A stretch of 51,438 bases of DNA, taken from the NCBI GenBank assembly GCA_946611605.1, contig CAMODU010000003.1, positions 1 to 51,438 of the forward strand, given 5' to 3'. Below are positions 12,101-20,239 of this stretch, piece by piece. The first letter of the stretch is position 1. The number at the start of each line of letters is the position of its first letter. The notes beneath the pieces are model-generated. The model was not told where the DNA came from, did not search any database, and saw only the letters and a list, made by a program, of their open reading frames with translations. Source of the stretch: an uncultured bacterium. GTDB lineage: Bacteria > Bacillota_I > Bacilli_A > RF39 > UBA660. The position numbers and the translations under genes are program-made.

Positions 12101-13282
12101 TTTAATATCTTTAGTAACTACCGCTTCTTTATCATGAGATGATGTAGCAGTACATATAATAGTATGTTCACCTATAGGTATTAATTCAGTAGATGTATAT
12201 TCATCATCACCAATAACACACGAATAACCACCTGTATCATTACCAAAGTCTACCCAAGTAGGTAAATCATATTTATCGCCAAATTTAAAGATTGCAGGTA
12301 CACCTTCTAAGCTTATCTTAGGAATATCCCACTTATTATCTTCTTTTAATTTATCTTTATCTTTATTAGGAGAATCAGGATTATCTGGATTTTCTGGATT
12401 TTCTGGATTTTCTGGATCATCAGATATATCTTCTACACCTTCAACGGCTTGAGGAAGTGTTTTTACTTTAATTTTAACAACTACTTCGTTTCCAGCTTCA
12501 TCTATAACCTTAACATATACAGTATAAACACTATTAGGATTTAAGTTATCAAATAAATGATTATCTCCATCATTTACATAATTCTTGCCATCCAAAGAAT
12601 AGTAATACTTAATATCTGTTTCAGCATCACTTGCATCTACTTTTACTCTAAAATATGTAGAATTTAATTCAGTAATCTTAACTTTTCTAATTACTGGATT
12701 ATTATTATCAATATAAACATCTACCTTAGCAGGTTTAGATACATTATTCTTTTCATCTACACCTCTTACAAATACATATTGATGCCCATTATCATATACT
12801 TCTACGTTTTTAGTATAAGTATCTTTCCAATTACAATTCTTAGTATTATTTTCAGTAGTAATACAATAATTGTAATGAGTTATCTTATTTTTACTTACAG
12901 AATCTTTAGTTACTTTAACTATAGCTGTTTTTCTATAAGTTTGTCCTTCTTCTATAATTGGTTCTACCATTAATTCAGGAGGAGTAATACCATTTTTACC
13001 TAAATCACTAAAAGTAGATATACCACTTAATAAAAGAATAAGTAAAAATACAGGTAATAAACATAGTAATATACCATTAGATTGGTATAATACTACCTTC
13101 TCATTTTTCTTAATAGTATCTCCGTATTTTGGTTCTGTCTTAACGACAACTCCACGCTTTTTAAATGAAAATACACCACGAATATCATCATCGTAGTCAA
13201 TCATATTATCTTCAAGTATTTCTTTCGCCTTATCGATTTTTATCCCCGTCAAATCTGGCATTTTTAATCCGTTCTTTTTCAT
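6170..13282 (-). CDS. Giant (2370 aa) surface protein: N-terminal PASTA-like domain, TM, FN3/Ig-like repeat stalk, Pro-Gly linker, two glycine-rich domains, Thr-rich tail
   Basis: MPDLTG...AKEIL...GVVVKTEP..G..I (PASTA-like); LNPNSVYTVYVKVIDEAGN (FN3-like); recurrent W/Y-xx-Y-x-G-P/x-F modules; duplicated Gly-rich block. Confidence 0.85.
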   Translation of the reverse strand: MKKNGLKMPDLTGIKIDKAKEILEDNMIDYDDDIRGVFSFKKRGVVVKTEPKYGDTIKKNEKVVLYQSNGILLCLLPVFLLILLLSGISTFSDLGKNGITPPELMVEPIIEEGQTYRKTAIVKVTKDSVSKNKITHYNYCITTENNTKNCNWKDTYTKNVEVYDNGHQYVFVRGVDEKNNVSKPAKVDVYIDNNNPVIRKVKITELNSTYFRVKVDASDAETDIKYYYSLDGKNYVNDGDNHLFDNLNPNSVYTVYVKVIDEAGNEVVVKIKVKTLPQAVEGVEDISDDPENPENPENPDNPDSPNKDKDKLKEDNKWDIPKISLEGVPAIFKFGDKYDLPTWVDFGNDTGGYSCVIGDDEYTSTELIPIGEHTIICTATSSHDKEAVVTKDIKVEVPEGNDELQDGWLYYNLYYPEGSYNWQWRLDGVDGIRTGYDGTDWQDYVGPILVKVEDIQNIYIRYDIDGETYIIAPKGKTLVDIEPEKWTLYDGQTTKVKIVYDKDATVKEYRINGGNWMTYEGEFEVDPNTLIDARVKKNQDIYNNLGDYVSTKVLTNYDSAYISVYYDPVNGGPIGPGNPGGPTGPEGPGNPGTPTPPPTPGNPGNPGGIPLPPYPDYYLEGPVITASPTTQGIEYTTISITTADPGTIYYSEDGGAWKEYSGSFDVTKNETISAYYIRDEDGMVSRTTKYRVSFIKAKNVPYVGITASPSDYLYGNNDKVTVTITASGHDANTLEYSFNNIVFEKYTEPFEVDKSVTIYARASNSYGYGYDRLTITTKTPPVKKEKLNVSIVADPSKDKVDGLANKVTVTINYDSKATIKKYTIDGKTWNDYNGPFVLDRNATIIAYCSSSNGEGSAEYMVDYLTLGIARPIIKADTEDVSYQVQVSITYDENASEKLYRIDGGEWIDYVAPFIVTDNCIIEAYNENVLGYKATSMLSIGNIVPEPQYTVLEKDMYYLIKPNYPNTSVENTREYKWQVDGTWKTYNGIGIVLIKPEYNGKLDLSQGIKIIDDDGTEYIFTDHYYQLERPLYLEIDNLFIRWNNVRPQAPSIIFDTEEPSKEINVTISYGPTLIRKQYMLVSSDGTSTNWLDYTGPIKITDNNTIIYARGFTRTEYGSEVATKTVTNIDSVDPTISVTGDLTSPKRQVQLKVSGKDNLAIDQVRWIKGEYDESKFDDASFIPNNSVVTVNENDKYTFYAKDKAGNIVFEVVDVTNVDLNAPDVIINILTKETKAEVEVSIDFGDASTKQYSIGNQNNYKNYDGNFFVKSLEVYNLANQNGSITIYAKGIDTAGNTTIVSENIYNLDLNIFSEPVITSANKYGLITKKEIRLDNYVTVAYDNTRDDIINEVKVGNGNYATYTKEVYVDSATVYARSRNPETGLVREVSKYISIPSDALLNPAYDHNNETYDSIPANNRKRLDVEDDGTYKQILVRSSSQGEAKVYIYGLNGTKTSEVTLSSDTNITLDAGVTKIEIVAGSTELKVYEIEFLSLVRVVSGDSILGIVQDNSNLTEGQYIFKVKQETYPVHLIVKNGDQTITENTQYGDNKDIGTASAYAKNMVIVRVNGDYTVNSGVTVGPIYSAYGGPKGFILYVTGRLTNNGTIDNSHGAYSPGQDVYLWKNSKTSDYEYIPAVGGAGGPKVTSRNRGSNGKAGSTVSKRSLGGGGAGGFNNYKSGVASNGGSATSYSGGAGGGGNTEFGVPDGSSVGGAGGYGQGWYDWGQAVGGGAGNPSTCNYRCNLGQNGTGGMLVIYANYFTNKGTVSARGYNGGNGAGSGAGGAGSGGGSINIFFKEIDNVLDIGPTAALIYKNQLGTNYTYGGSGGSGGSSGGGNGGAGTVNIGAIVKNQYVDLLQFAEDKLNEANYNNRVGESIFKILEADDLRTGLFNFRVNNGTTTVDYPVHLIVLNGNQTITQNTQYGSLDDAASGTEEYQMAKRMVIVKVNGNYTIEQGVTVGPTFNTTYGGPKGFMLYVTGELINNGTIDNSHGAYAYGQNVYLWKNASTNDYEMIPAVGGAGATATTSGSRGRDGNAGNTAAKRALAGGGSGGFYNMKDGVASAGGAATSYSGGAGGGGNTEFGVPNGSSVGGAGGYGQGWYNDEHAVGGGAGNPSTCNYRCNLGQNGTGGLLIIYSNKYTNNGNITSRGKNGGNGAGYGGSGGAGSGAGSINIFFKEINVDKISGIDTDSAYNQYLGTTNVNGGSGGSGARYGGNGGNGTVNIGSIRNNQYYDLRDVISQDLGAFNNGTLGSRANSVLGKGVDFIKSYLPNILFDKANSKFDITYKEGYKNEYSLDFGNTWIEYTKSINVDKNCTVIARVVDEIGDVISSSSYTITRYGEEEEVEEPTTTTSTSTTTTSTTTTKETTTTETTTVAE
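6624..8794 (-). repeat. Intragenic tandem duplication of a ~370-380 aa domain (copy 1 ~8794-7758, copy 2 ~7681-6624)
   Basis: Shared YPVHLIV, YGGPKGF, TIDNSHGAY, TSYSGGAGGGGNTEFGVP and NPSTCNYRCNLGQNGTGG. Identical 29-nt DNA at 6930-6958 and 8064-8092. Confidence 0.95.
12366..12417 (-). repeat. 9-nt tandem repeat encoding PENPENPENPDNPDSP
   Basis: tctggattt repeated in the sequence. Confidence 0.85.
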
Positions 13283-13421
13283 TTCCTCACCTTATAATAT
13301 CATTATAAAACTAGTATATTTTACTTACAATATTTCTTGACATTGGACATGTCTTTGACAAGATAATAAAGTGATTTTAAATAAAATAGATTACAAAATA
13401 AAAGATGTGTATAAAACACAT

Positions 13422-14786
13422 CTAATGTATTAACTTAAATATATCATTATATAGAACATATAACATTAATAACATAAGTAGAATAAATCCTACCAAATGG
13501 AATGCTGCTTCCACTTTCTCGTTTACCCTCTTACCTGTTATATATTCAATTAAAACAAATACTATATGTCCACCATCTACAGCAGGAATTGGCAATAAAT
13601 TCATTACAGCCAAATTTAATGATAAATAAGCTGTTAGATATACTAAATTAGCAAATCCTACTTTAGCAACTGAATCAACTACAGTATACATACCAACAGG
13701 TCCAGATAATGAGTTAATTGATACTTTACCAGTAAATAATGATACAACTATTAAGATCATTGTTCTAAATAAAGTAACAAATCTCTTACATGCATAACTA
13801 AACGCTGTCTTCAATCCATATTTAACAGTTGAATCACCATATACACCTATTATCTTAGTCTTTTCATAATCACTCTTCTTTAAATTATGATCACTAATTA
13901 TCTTTTCTTCAGTATTAGTATCATCTATATAATAGATATTACCATCTTTATCTTGAATAGCATCTTTAGGTGTTATTTTAACTGTTTCTTGTTTTCCATC
14001 TTTTCTTTCAACTACATAAGTATATTCATTTGAATCTGTTTTTAAAATATTAACAACAGCTAAATAAGACCAAGTATCAATCTTATGATTATTTACTTTT
14101 AATATCTTATCTCCAGCTACAATACCAGCTTGTTGAGCAGGAGAACCATTTTCTACTTTAGCTACTATATTATTTTGATCAGATACACCTGTAAAACCAA
14201 CTGCAAATAATAATATAAATGCTGTAACGAAATTCATGAATACTCCAGCAAATAATATTATTAATCTTTGCCATTTAGGTTTATAGCATAGCATCTTATC
14301 TTTACCTATTTTATCATCGTCATCATAAGATTCACCAGCTATAGAATTATATCCACCTATTGGGAACGCTCTTAATGAATATAATGTAGGATCATTCTTT
14401 CTTCTAAATGAGAATACTAAAGGTCCCATACCTATAGCAAATTCATATACATGTACACCAAATTTCTTAGCAGCAATAAAATGTCCTAATTCATGTACAA
14501 ATATTAAAATAGATAACATTAATAATAATACAGTTATATTAAATATTACAGTATGAGGAAAGAATACTAATATTACAATAACTGCTATAATAATACCTAT
14601 TAATTCTATTAAAGAAGTTATATTATTCTTTTCTCTTAATTGATCTTCTTTTTCTTCTTTATTAACTTTTACTTCTTCAACTACTTCTACTTTTTTAGCA
14701 TTTTTTTTAGCTGTAGTAGTTTTCTTAGTTGTTGTAGTTTTTTTAGTTACTTTTTTCTTATTCTCGTCTTGCTTCTTAGTTGCCAT
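13422..14786 (-). CDS. rseP: RIP metalloprotease RseP/RasP (M50, PDZ)
   Basis: HELGH, FAIGMGP, PDZ (SPAQQAG..GD.I) and NLLPIPAVDGG. Confidence 0.93.
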   Translation of the reverse strand: MATKKQDENKKKVTKKTTTTKKTTTAKKNAKKVEVVEEVKVNKEEKEDQLREKNNITSLIELIGIIIAVIVILVFFPHTVIFNITVLLLMLSILIFVHELGHFIAAKKFGVHVYEFAIGMGPLVFSFRRKNDPTLYSLRAFPIGGYNSIAGESYDDDDKIGKDKMLCYKPKWQRLIILFAGVFMNFVTAFILLFAVGFTGVSDQNNIVAKVENGSPAQQAGIVAGDKILKVNNHKIDTWSYLAVVNILKTDSNEYTYVVERKDGKQETVKITPKDAIQDKDGNIYYIDDTNTEEKIISDHNLKKSDYEKTKIIGVYGDSTVKYGLKTAFSYACKRFVTLFRTMILIVVSLFTGKVSINSLSGPVGMYTVVDSVAKVGFANLVYLTAYLSLNLAVMNLLPIPAVDGGHIVFVLIEYITGKRVNEKVEAAFHLVGFILLMLLMLYVLYNDIFKLIH

Positions 14787-14798
14787 ATAAACACCCTC

Positions 14799-15587
14799 CT
14801 AAAAATATCTTAATAATATAATAAATAATATTACAATAAATGTTAAAGAATCGATTCGATCACATATTCCTCCATGTCCTGGAATAATATTTGAGAAATC
14901 TTTAACATTATTCTCTCTTTTAATTAAACTAAAGAATAAATCACCCAATTGACCTACTACACTCAATAATATAGTAAATATTAATATTACAATAGGATTT
15001 GTAACAGTAAACATATTAATATAATAAATATATCCAACTACAGTACCTACTATAGTACCAATTATGGCACCTTCTATAGTTTTATTAGGACTTATCTTAG
15101 TTAACTTATGTTTACCAAAGAAACGACCTCCTAAATAAGCAAATACATCTGTACCTACAGCAATTAATACTAACCATAAGAATAACCATTTATTTAAATG
15201 GAATATATTTACATAGAAGTTAGCTATTAATCCTGCAAATATAGTTACAAATGCAAGTTTTAATGAAATTTTAGCCCCGTATTTATTATTATATAAAAAT
15301 ATACTTAATAATAATAAAGATATAATTGTTATAGCTATTAAAGAATAATCTACGCCTAAATATAAAGATTCTTTTAAATTACTATAAGCAATCAAAGGAA
15401 CAAATACTAATGAAACTATTTTAACAAATAAAGGAATTTCCTTTAATTCTTTATCAACAGTAATTAATTCTAGTAAAGCAAGTAGACCTACTACATTAGC
15501 AAGTAAATCAAATGCAATACCACCAAATATAAAACATGGTACAACTATTAATGTAATAATTGCTCCACCTATAATTCTTTTCCTCAT
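14799..15587 (-). CDS. cdsA: Phosphatidate cytidylyltransferase
   Basis: ISPNKTIEG, GDLFFSLIKR..VKD, IPGHGGICDRIDS. Confidence 0.95.
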   Translation of the reverse strand: MRKRIIGGAIITLIVVPCFIFGGIAFDLLANVVGLLALLELITVDKELKEIPLFVKIVSLVFVPLIAYSNLKESLYLGVDYSLIAITIISLLLLSIFLYNNKYGAKISLKLAFVTIFAGLIANFYVNIFHLNKWLFLWLVLIAVGTDVFAYLGGRFFGKHKLTKISPNKTIEGAIIGTIVGTVVGYIYYINMFTVTNPIVILIFTILLSVVGQLGDLFFSLIKRENNVKDFSNIIPGHGGICDRIDSLTFIVILFIILLRYF

Positions 15588-15597
15588 GATGTCACCT

Positions 15598-16791
15598 CTA
15601 ATATCTAGAATACCACCATACGCCCATCTTAGGTAGTCCTATTGTTGTTCTTGCATCAACTAAATGTGATTTCCAAGATGTATATGTAGTATAATCTGAT
15701 CCATACCAACCTGTACCTAATCCTAAGTGTAAGTGTGCACCTGTAGAACATGTTTCCCATCCTCTAGTACCAGATCCACCACCTACCGTACCAACTACAG
15801 TATTAGTATAAACTGTTTGATATAATGAAACATTTATATTAAGTAAATGCATATAACATGCAGTATATTTCTTACCATTTACATAAGAACAAACATATAC
15901 TTGGTTACCACCACATGATGCTTTTCTAATTATTTTACATACAGTACCAGATGCAATAGCATATACAGGAGTTCCTTCTGAATTACCACCTATATCTGTA
16001 CCAGAATGCCCTTCAGATCTACCAGTAATTGGACTTATACGATATCCAAAATAAGATGTAATTTTACCTTTAACTAAAGGTTTAGTCCAACCAATATTGT
16101 TAGTTGAATTAACTCTAGCTTGACAGGCACTTAATTCTTCTGAATCTTTACATCCCAAATTAACCATATAGTTTAAGAATCCTTCAGCATCTTTAATATC
16201 ACTTTGTATATCATTAGCATATCTATCATATTTAGATATATCATCATATAATGATTCTATTTCACTATTTAAACTAGATATTTGATTATTTAATTCAGCT
16301 TCTCTATTAGTAATATAAACTTTTAATTCTTCATTCTTTTTAATTTTATCTTTATATGAATCTATTTTATCATTCATATAAGACATAACTTGTTCCATAA
16401 TAGCATATCTGTATACTAAATCTTCATATGATGTAGCTTCAAATACATACTCTAAGTATACATTATCACCTGATGCTACTTGATACGCTTCCATAACATT
16501 AGTTAATTCTTTTTTACCTTCTTCTATCTCTTTAGTTAATCTTTCAGACTCATTTTCTGCTTCAGTTAACTTTTGTTGGTTAGTATTAATTTCACTTTCT
16601 TTATTTTTAATACTTTGTTCATCAGTTTTTATATTATTCTGAGCATTTTTCTTTTTATTTTGCTGAGCCTGATAATTAGCTTTCAAAGTTGCTATTTCTT
16701 TTCTTTTTTGTGCTATAGTTTCAGCTTTAGCATCAAAAGGGATAACTAAGATAAATAAGAATATAATTATAATAAATAATTTATTCTTCAT
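15598..16791 (-). CDS. Secreted coiled-coil + M23 peptidoglycan endopeptidase (FtsEX partner)
   Basis: Signal peptide, long coiled coil, intact HSGTD and HLH zinc motifs; follows ftsX. Confidence 0.88.
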   Translation of the reverse strand: MKNKLFIIIIFLFILVIPFDAKAETIAQKRKEIATLKANYQAQQNKKKNAQNNIKTDEQSIKNKESEINTNQQKLTEAENESERLTKEIEEGKKELTNVMEAYQVASGDNVYLEYVFEATSYEDLVYRYAIMEQVMSYMNDKIDSYKDKIKKNEELKVYITNREAELNNQISSLNSEIESLYDDISKYDRYANDIQSDIKDAEGFLNYMVNLGCKDSEELSACQARVNSTNNIGWTKPLVKGKITSYFGYRISPITGRSEGHSGTDIGGNSEGTPVYAIASGTVCKIIRKASCGGNQVYVCSYVNGKKYTACYMHLLNINVSLYQTVYTNTVVGTVGGGSGTRGWETCSTGAHLHLGLGTGWYGSDYTTYTSWKSHLVDARTTIGLPKMGVWWYSRY

Positions 16792-17687
16792 TATATCTTT
16801 AGATACCTCCTTACAGCATTTAATGATCCAACCATACCAACTAGACCACCTACAAGTAATAATACTATTGACGTAGTATATACTATTGTTTCAGGTCTAA
16901 CTAATACAACTAATTCACTAAATAAATTACCACCTACATAATCATATAAGAACATATATCCAAATATTGTTAATATAATTGGAATAATAGAACCTATAAT
17001 ACCAAGTATTAAACCTTCAACTAGGAATGGTAGTTTAATAACAGTATTAGAAGTACCAACAAGTCTCATAATACTTATTTCTTGTCTTCTTGAGAATATT
17101 GTTATCTTAATAGTATTACTTATTAAGAACCATGTAACAAATATTAATGCAATTACAGTTATTACACATGCATTTCTAATTACTTCTAACATTGAAACTA
17201 ATTTACTTGCAAGTGATTCACCATATTTAACTTGAGATACATGATCATATCCTTTTACTTCATTTGCAGTATCACCAATCTTTTTAACATCTTTTACTTT
17301 AAATGTGAAAGTAGATTGTAATGGATTTTCATCTAATGTATTTAATACATTCTTTAAATCTTCATTTGCACTTAACTGTTCTTTTAAATCATCTTGAGAT
17401 TTATATTCTAATGATGATTCTAATACATTATCATTATAAAGAATATGTTCTTTTAATGCTTCAACATCTTCTTTTTCTGTACCTCTATCAACAAATACTA
17501 TAACAGTTAAAACATCTTCTATATGTTTAGTTATAGAATTAACATTATAAGTAAATAATATTGCTAAGCCTACTATTATTAAAGTAATAGCTGTAGAAGA
17601 TATAGATGCTAAAGATAAAGAAAAGTTTCTAAATACTGATTTAAAAGCATCATTAAATCCTCTTTTAATAATTCTAATTATCTTCAT
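16791..17687 (-). CDS. ftsX: Cell division permease FtsX
   Basis: 4-TM pattern; ISNTIKITIFSRRQEISIMRLVG..P F..EG. Confidence 0.93.
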   Translation of the reverse strand: MKIIRIIKRGFNDAFKSVFRNFSLSLASISSTAITLIIVGLAILFTYNVNSITKHIEDVLTVIVFVDRGTEKEDVEALKEHILYNDNVLESSLEYKSQDDLKEQLSANEDLKNVLNTLDENPLQSTFTFKVKDVKKIGDTANEVKGYDHVSQVKYGESLASKLVSMLEVIRNACVITVIALIFVTWFLISNTIKITIFSRRQEISIMRLVGTSNTVIKLPFLVEGLILGIIGSIIPIILTIFGYMFLYDYVGGNLFSELVVLVRPETIVYTTSIVLLLVGGLVGMVGSLNAVRRYLKI

Positions 17688-18375
17688 ATTCTATATACTT
17701 TCCTTTCTCTTGATCGGATACTACAACACCACCATGTATGCAGATAACTCTTTTCTTCATTCTATTAACTATTTCTTTATCATGTGTAGACATAACAATA
17801 GTTGAACCCATTTCTCTATTGATTTCTTCAATAACATCCATGATTTCACGAGACATTTTAGGATCTAAGTCTCCTGTAGGTTCATCACAAATAATTAATT
17901 TAGGTTTATTTACTATAGCTCTTGCTATACATACTCTTTGTGCTTGTCCACCAGATAATTGATCAGGATAACTTCTAATCTTATCTTTAAGTCCAACTCT
18001 TTCAATAGCATCCATTACTCTTTCTCTTATTACTTTATCATCAAGCCCATAAGATTCTAATGGATATGCTATATTTTCATATACAGTTAACTTAGGTAAT
18101 AGTTTAAAGTCTTGGAATACTACTCCTACTTTTCTTCTTAATTTATATACGTTATTATTTTTTAGTTTAGAGACATTAACTCCACCAACTAAAACATTAC
18201 CTTTAGTAACTTTTTCTTCTCTATATAATAGTTTATTAAGTGTAGATTTACCTGATCCTGTTTCACCTATTAAGAATACAAATTCACCACGATCTATAGA
18301 TAAATTAACATCTGCTAAAGCAGCTACACCATTACTATATGTTTTAAATACATGATTTAATTCTATAAACGCCAT
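17674..18375 (-). CDS. ftsE: Cell division ATP-binding protein FtsE
   Basis: GETGSGKST, GVVFQDFKLL, LSGGQAQR, CDEPTG; adjacent to ftsX. Confidence 0.95.
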   Translation of the reverse strand: MAFIELNHVFKTYSNGVAALADVNLSIDRGEFVFLIGETGSGKSTLNKLLYREEKVTKGNVLVGGVNVSKLKNNNVYKLRRKVGVVFQDFKLLPKLTVYENIAYPLESYGLDDKVIRERVMDAIERVGLKDKIRSYPDQLSGGQAQRVCIARAIVNKPKLIICDEPTGDLDPKMSREIMDVIEEINREMGSTIVMSTHDKEIVNRMKKRVICIHGGVVVSDQEKGKYIEYEDN

Positions 18376-18492
18376 TTTATAATCACCTACTATTAAAATT
18401 ATAACATAGAATAGATATGTATTCTTCAGTTATCGGGTAAATTATGTAAATAGATATGTTAATTACACTTATAAGAAATAAAAAAATGCAGA

Positions 18493-19578
18493 CTACTCTG
18501 CATCTTCTTTATCATAAGTTAATTCTTTAACATTAGCATCTTGAATAGATTCAAATCTTTTAGTAATCTTCTCAGTTGTTGTATGAATATCCTTAACTTC
18601 ATTTGATACTGTATCAATTGATTTAGATAATTTATCCCATCTATCTTTATATCTAGAGAATTCAATACCAAGTTTATTTAATTCTTGATGAATTACTTGA
18701 GAATATTTATCTCTTTCAATATTTTTAAGAATCATAGCTACAGTAGATAATGTAGACATCAATGTAGTTGGTCCACATATCCATACTTTTCTTTCATATG
18801 CGTATTTTAACAAATCTTCATGATATGCATTTAATTCAGCAAATACTGCTTCTGCTGGTAAGAACATGATAGCTTGATCAGCTGTTTCATCAGGTATTAT
18901 ATATTTATCAGCTATATCATTAATATGTTTCTTAACATCTGTTTCAAATAATTTATAAGCAGCAGTTCTAGTTTCTTTAGATAAATCTTTATTCGTCATT
19001 CTTTCATAATTTTCTAATGGGAACTTAGAATCTATACATATATTTTTTATAGGATCTGCTCCATATATGATTGAATCCGCTATAGCACCATTTGATAATT
19101 TATGTTGTATATCATATATATCTTTTCTTTCTCCAAATACAGAAGTTAATATATAATTTAAATTTACTTCACCAAATGTACCACGTGTCTTCTTATCAGT
19201 TAATACAGATTGTAAATTAACTATATCTTTAGATAAAATATCAATATTCTTTTGAGCTTCATCTATCTTAGTTAATCTTTCTAATACATTATTAAATGTC
19301 CTATTAGTTTTATCAAATGATTCATCTAATCTAAGATTAACTTTATCATTCATTTCATTTAATCTTTTTTCCATCTTAACATTTAATGATTCAAAGTCAT
19401 CTTGTAAACTCTTAGAAAAATCATATTTAAAATCACCTATAGATTTAGTTACATCGGTTTTTATTTCAGATATATTTTTAATTATTTCAATAGATGAATT
19501 ATCTTTCTTTTTAAATAGATTAATAAGTAATAGTATTATACATACTACTAATAGACCAATTATTATATAATCTATCAT
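18493..19578 (-). CDS. rmuC: DNA recombination protein RmuC
   Basis: N-terminal TM, coiled coil, KTRGTFGE, IDSKFP, MFLPAE. Confidence 0.92.
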   Translation of the reverse strand: MIDYIIIGLLVVCIILLLINLFKKKDNSSIEIIKNISEIKTDVTKSIGDFKYDFSKSLQDDFESLNVKMEKRLNEMNDKVNLRLDESFDKTNRTFNNVLERLTKIDEAQKNIDILSKDIVNLQSVLTDKKTRGTFGEVNLNYILTSVFGERKDIYDIQHKLSNGAIADSIIYGADPIKNICIDSKFPLENYERMTNKDLSKETRTAAYKLFETDVKKHINDIADKYIIPDETADQAIMFLPAEAVFAELNAYHEDLLKYAYERKVWICGPTTLMSTLSTVAMILKNIERDKYSQVIHQELNKLGIEFSRYKDRWDKLSKSIDTVSNEVKDIHTTTEKITKRFESIQDANVKELTYDKEDAE

Positions 19579-20183
19579 AGTTCCTCCTTATTCTTTACAA
19601 TATAATCACATACTTTACTTAATACATAAGCAATAAATAACATGATTATAACTTTAATAATAATATATGGATTATTAAAACTTTCTAGTAATGATGTACC
19701 AATAGTACCAAAGAAATATATCATAAATGGTTTACCAACCACTAAAGATATTAAATATTTCTTTTTATCTACATTGGCTAGTCCTGCAGCTATATTAAGT
19801 ACAAATGCAGGAGTAAAAGGACATGCCACTAATAAAGTTAAACTAGATAATGATAAATTATCTATATAATTAATAACATGATCTATTTTCTTTTGACTCT
19901 TTTTACCTAGTTTTTTAATAAATTTATTCTCTATAAATTCTCTAATATACTTATTACATAAATTATAAGATACCATACAGCCTAATATAGTAGATAACCA
20001 ACATATAATAAGACCATATTCAGTACCATATGAATAAAATATACCAGTTATAAATACACCTAAAGGCATACATGGAATAATAGATTCAACAAATATAACT
20101 GCACAAGAAATTAAGATACCTAGTATCCCTTGATTAAGTAGAAAATCTTGCATTACATTTGATAAATTTTGTAATAATTCCAT
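19575..20183 (-). CDS. TVP38/TMEM64 (VTT/DedA-like) membrane protein
   Basis: ESIIP..P, PFTPAF.LN..AG, GKPFM. Start at MELLQ. Confidence 0.8.
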   Translation of the reverse strand: MELLQNLSNVMQDFLLNQGILGILISCAVIFVESIIPCMPLGVFITGIFYSYGTEYGLIICWLSTILGCMVSYNLCNKYIREFIENKFIKKLGKKSQKKIDHVINYIDNLSLSSLTLLVACPFTPAFVLNIAAGLANVDKKKYLISLVVGKPFMIYFFGTIGTSLLESFNNPYIIIKVIIMLFIAYVLSKVCDYIVKNKEEL

Positions 20184-20239
20184 AACAATCACAAGAATAA
20201 TTATATCATAAAAAAAATAATAAAGACAATTAGTCTTTA

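Noticed and set aside
4302-13282. Integrated prophage or island at tRNA-Ala
   Set aside because: No integrase, phage structural genes or duplicated tRNA 3' end seen. The higher GC in the giant gene is explained by Gly/Pro codons.
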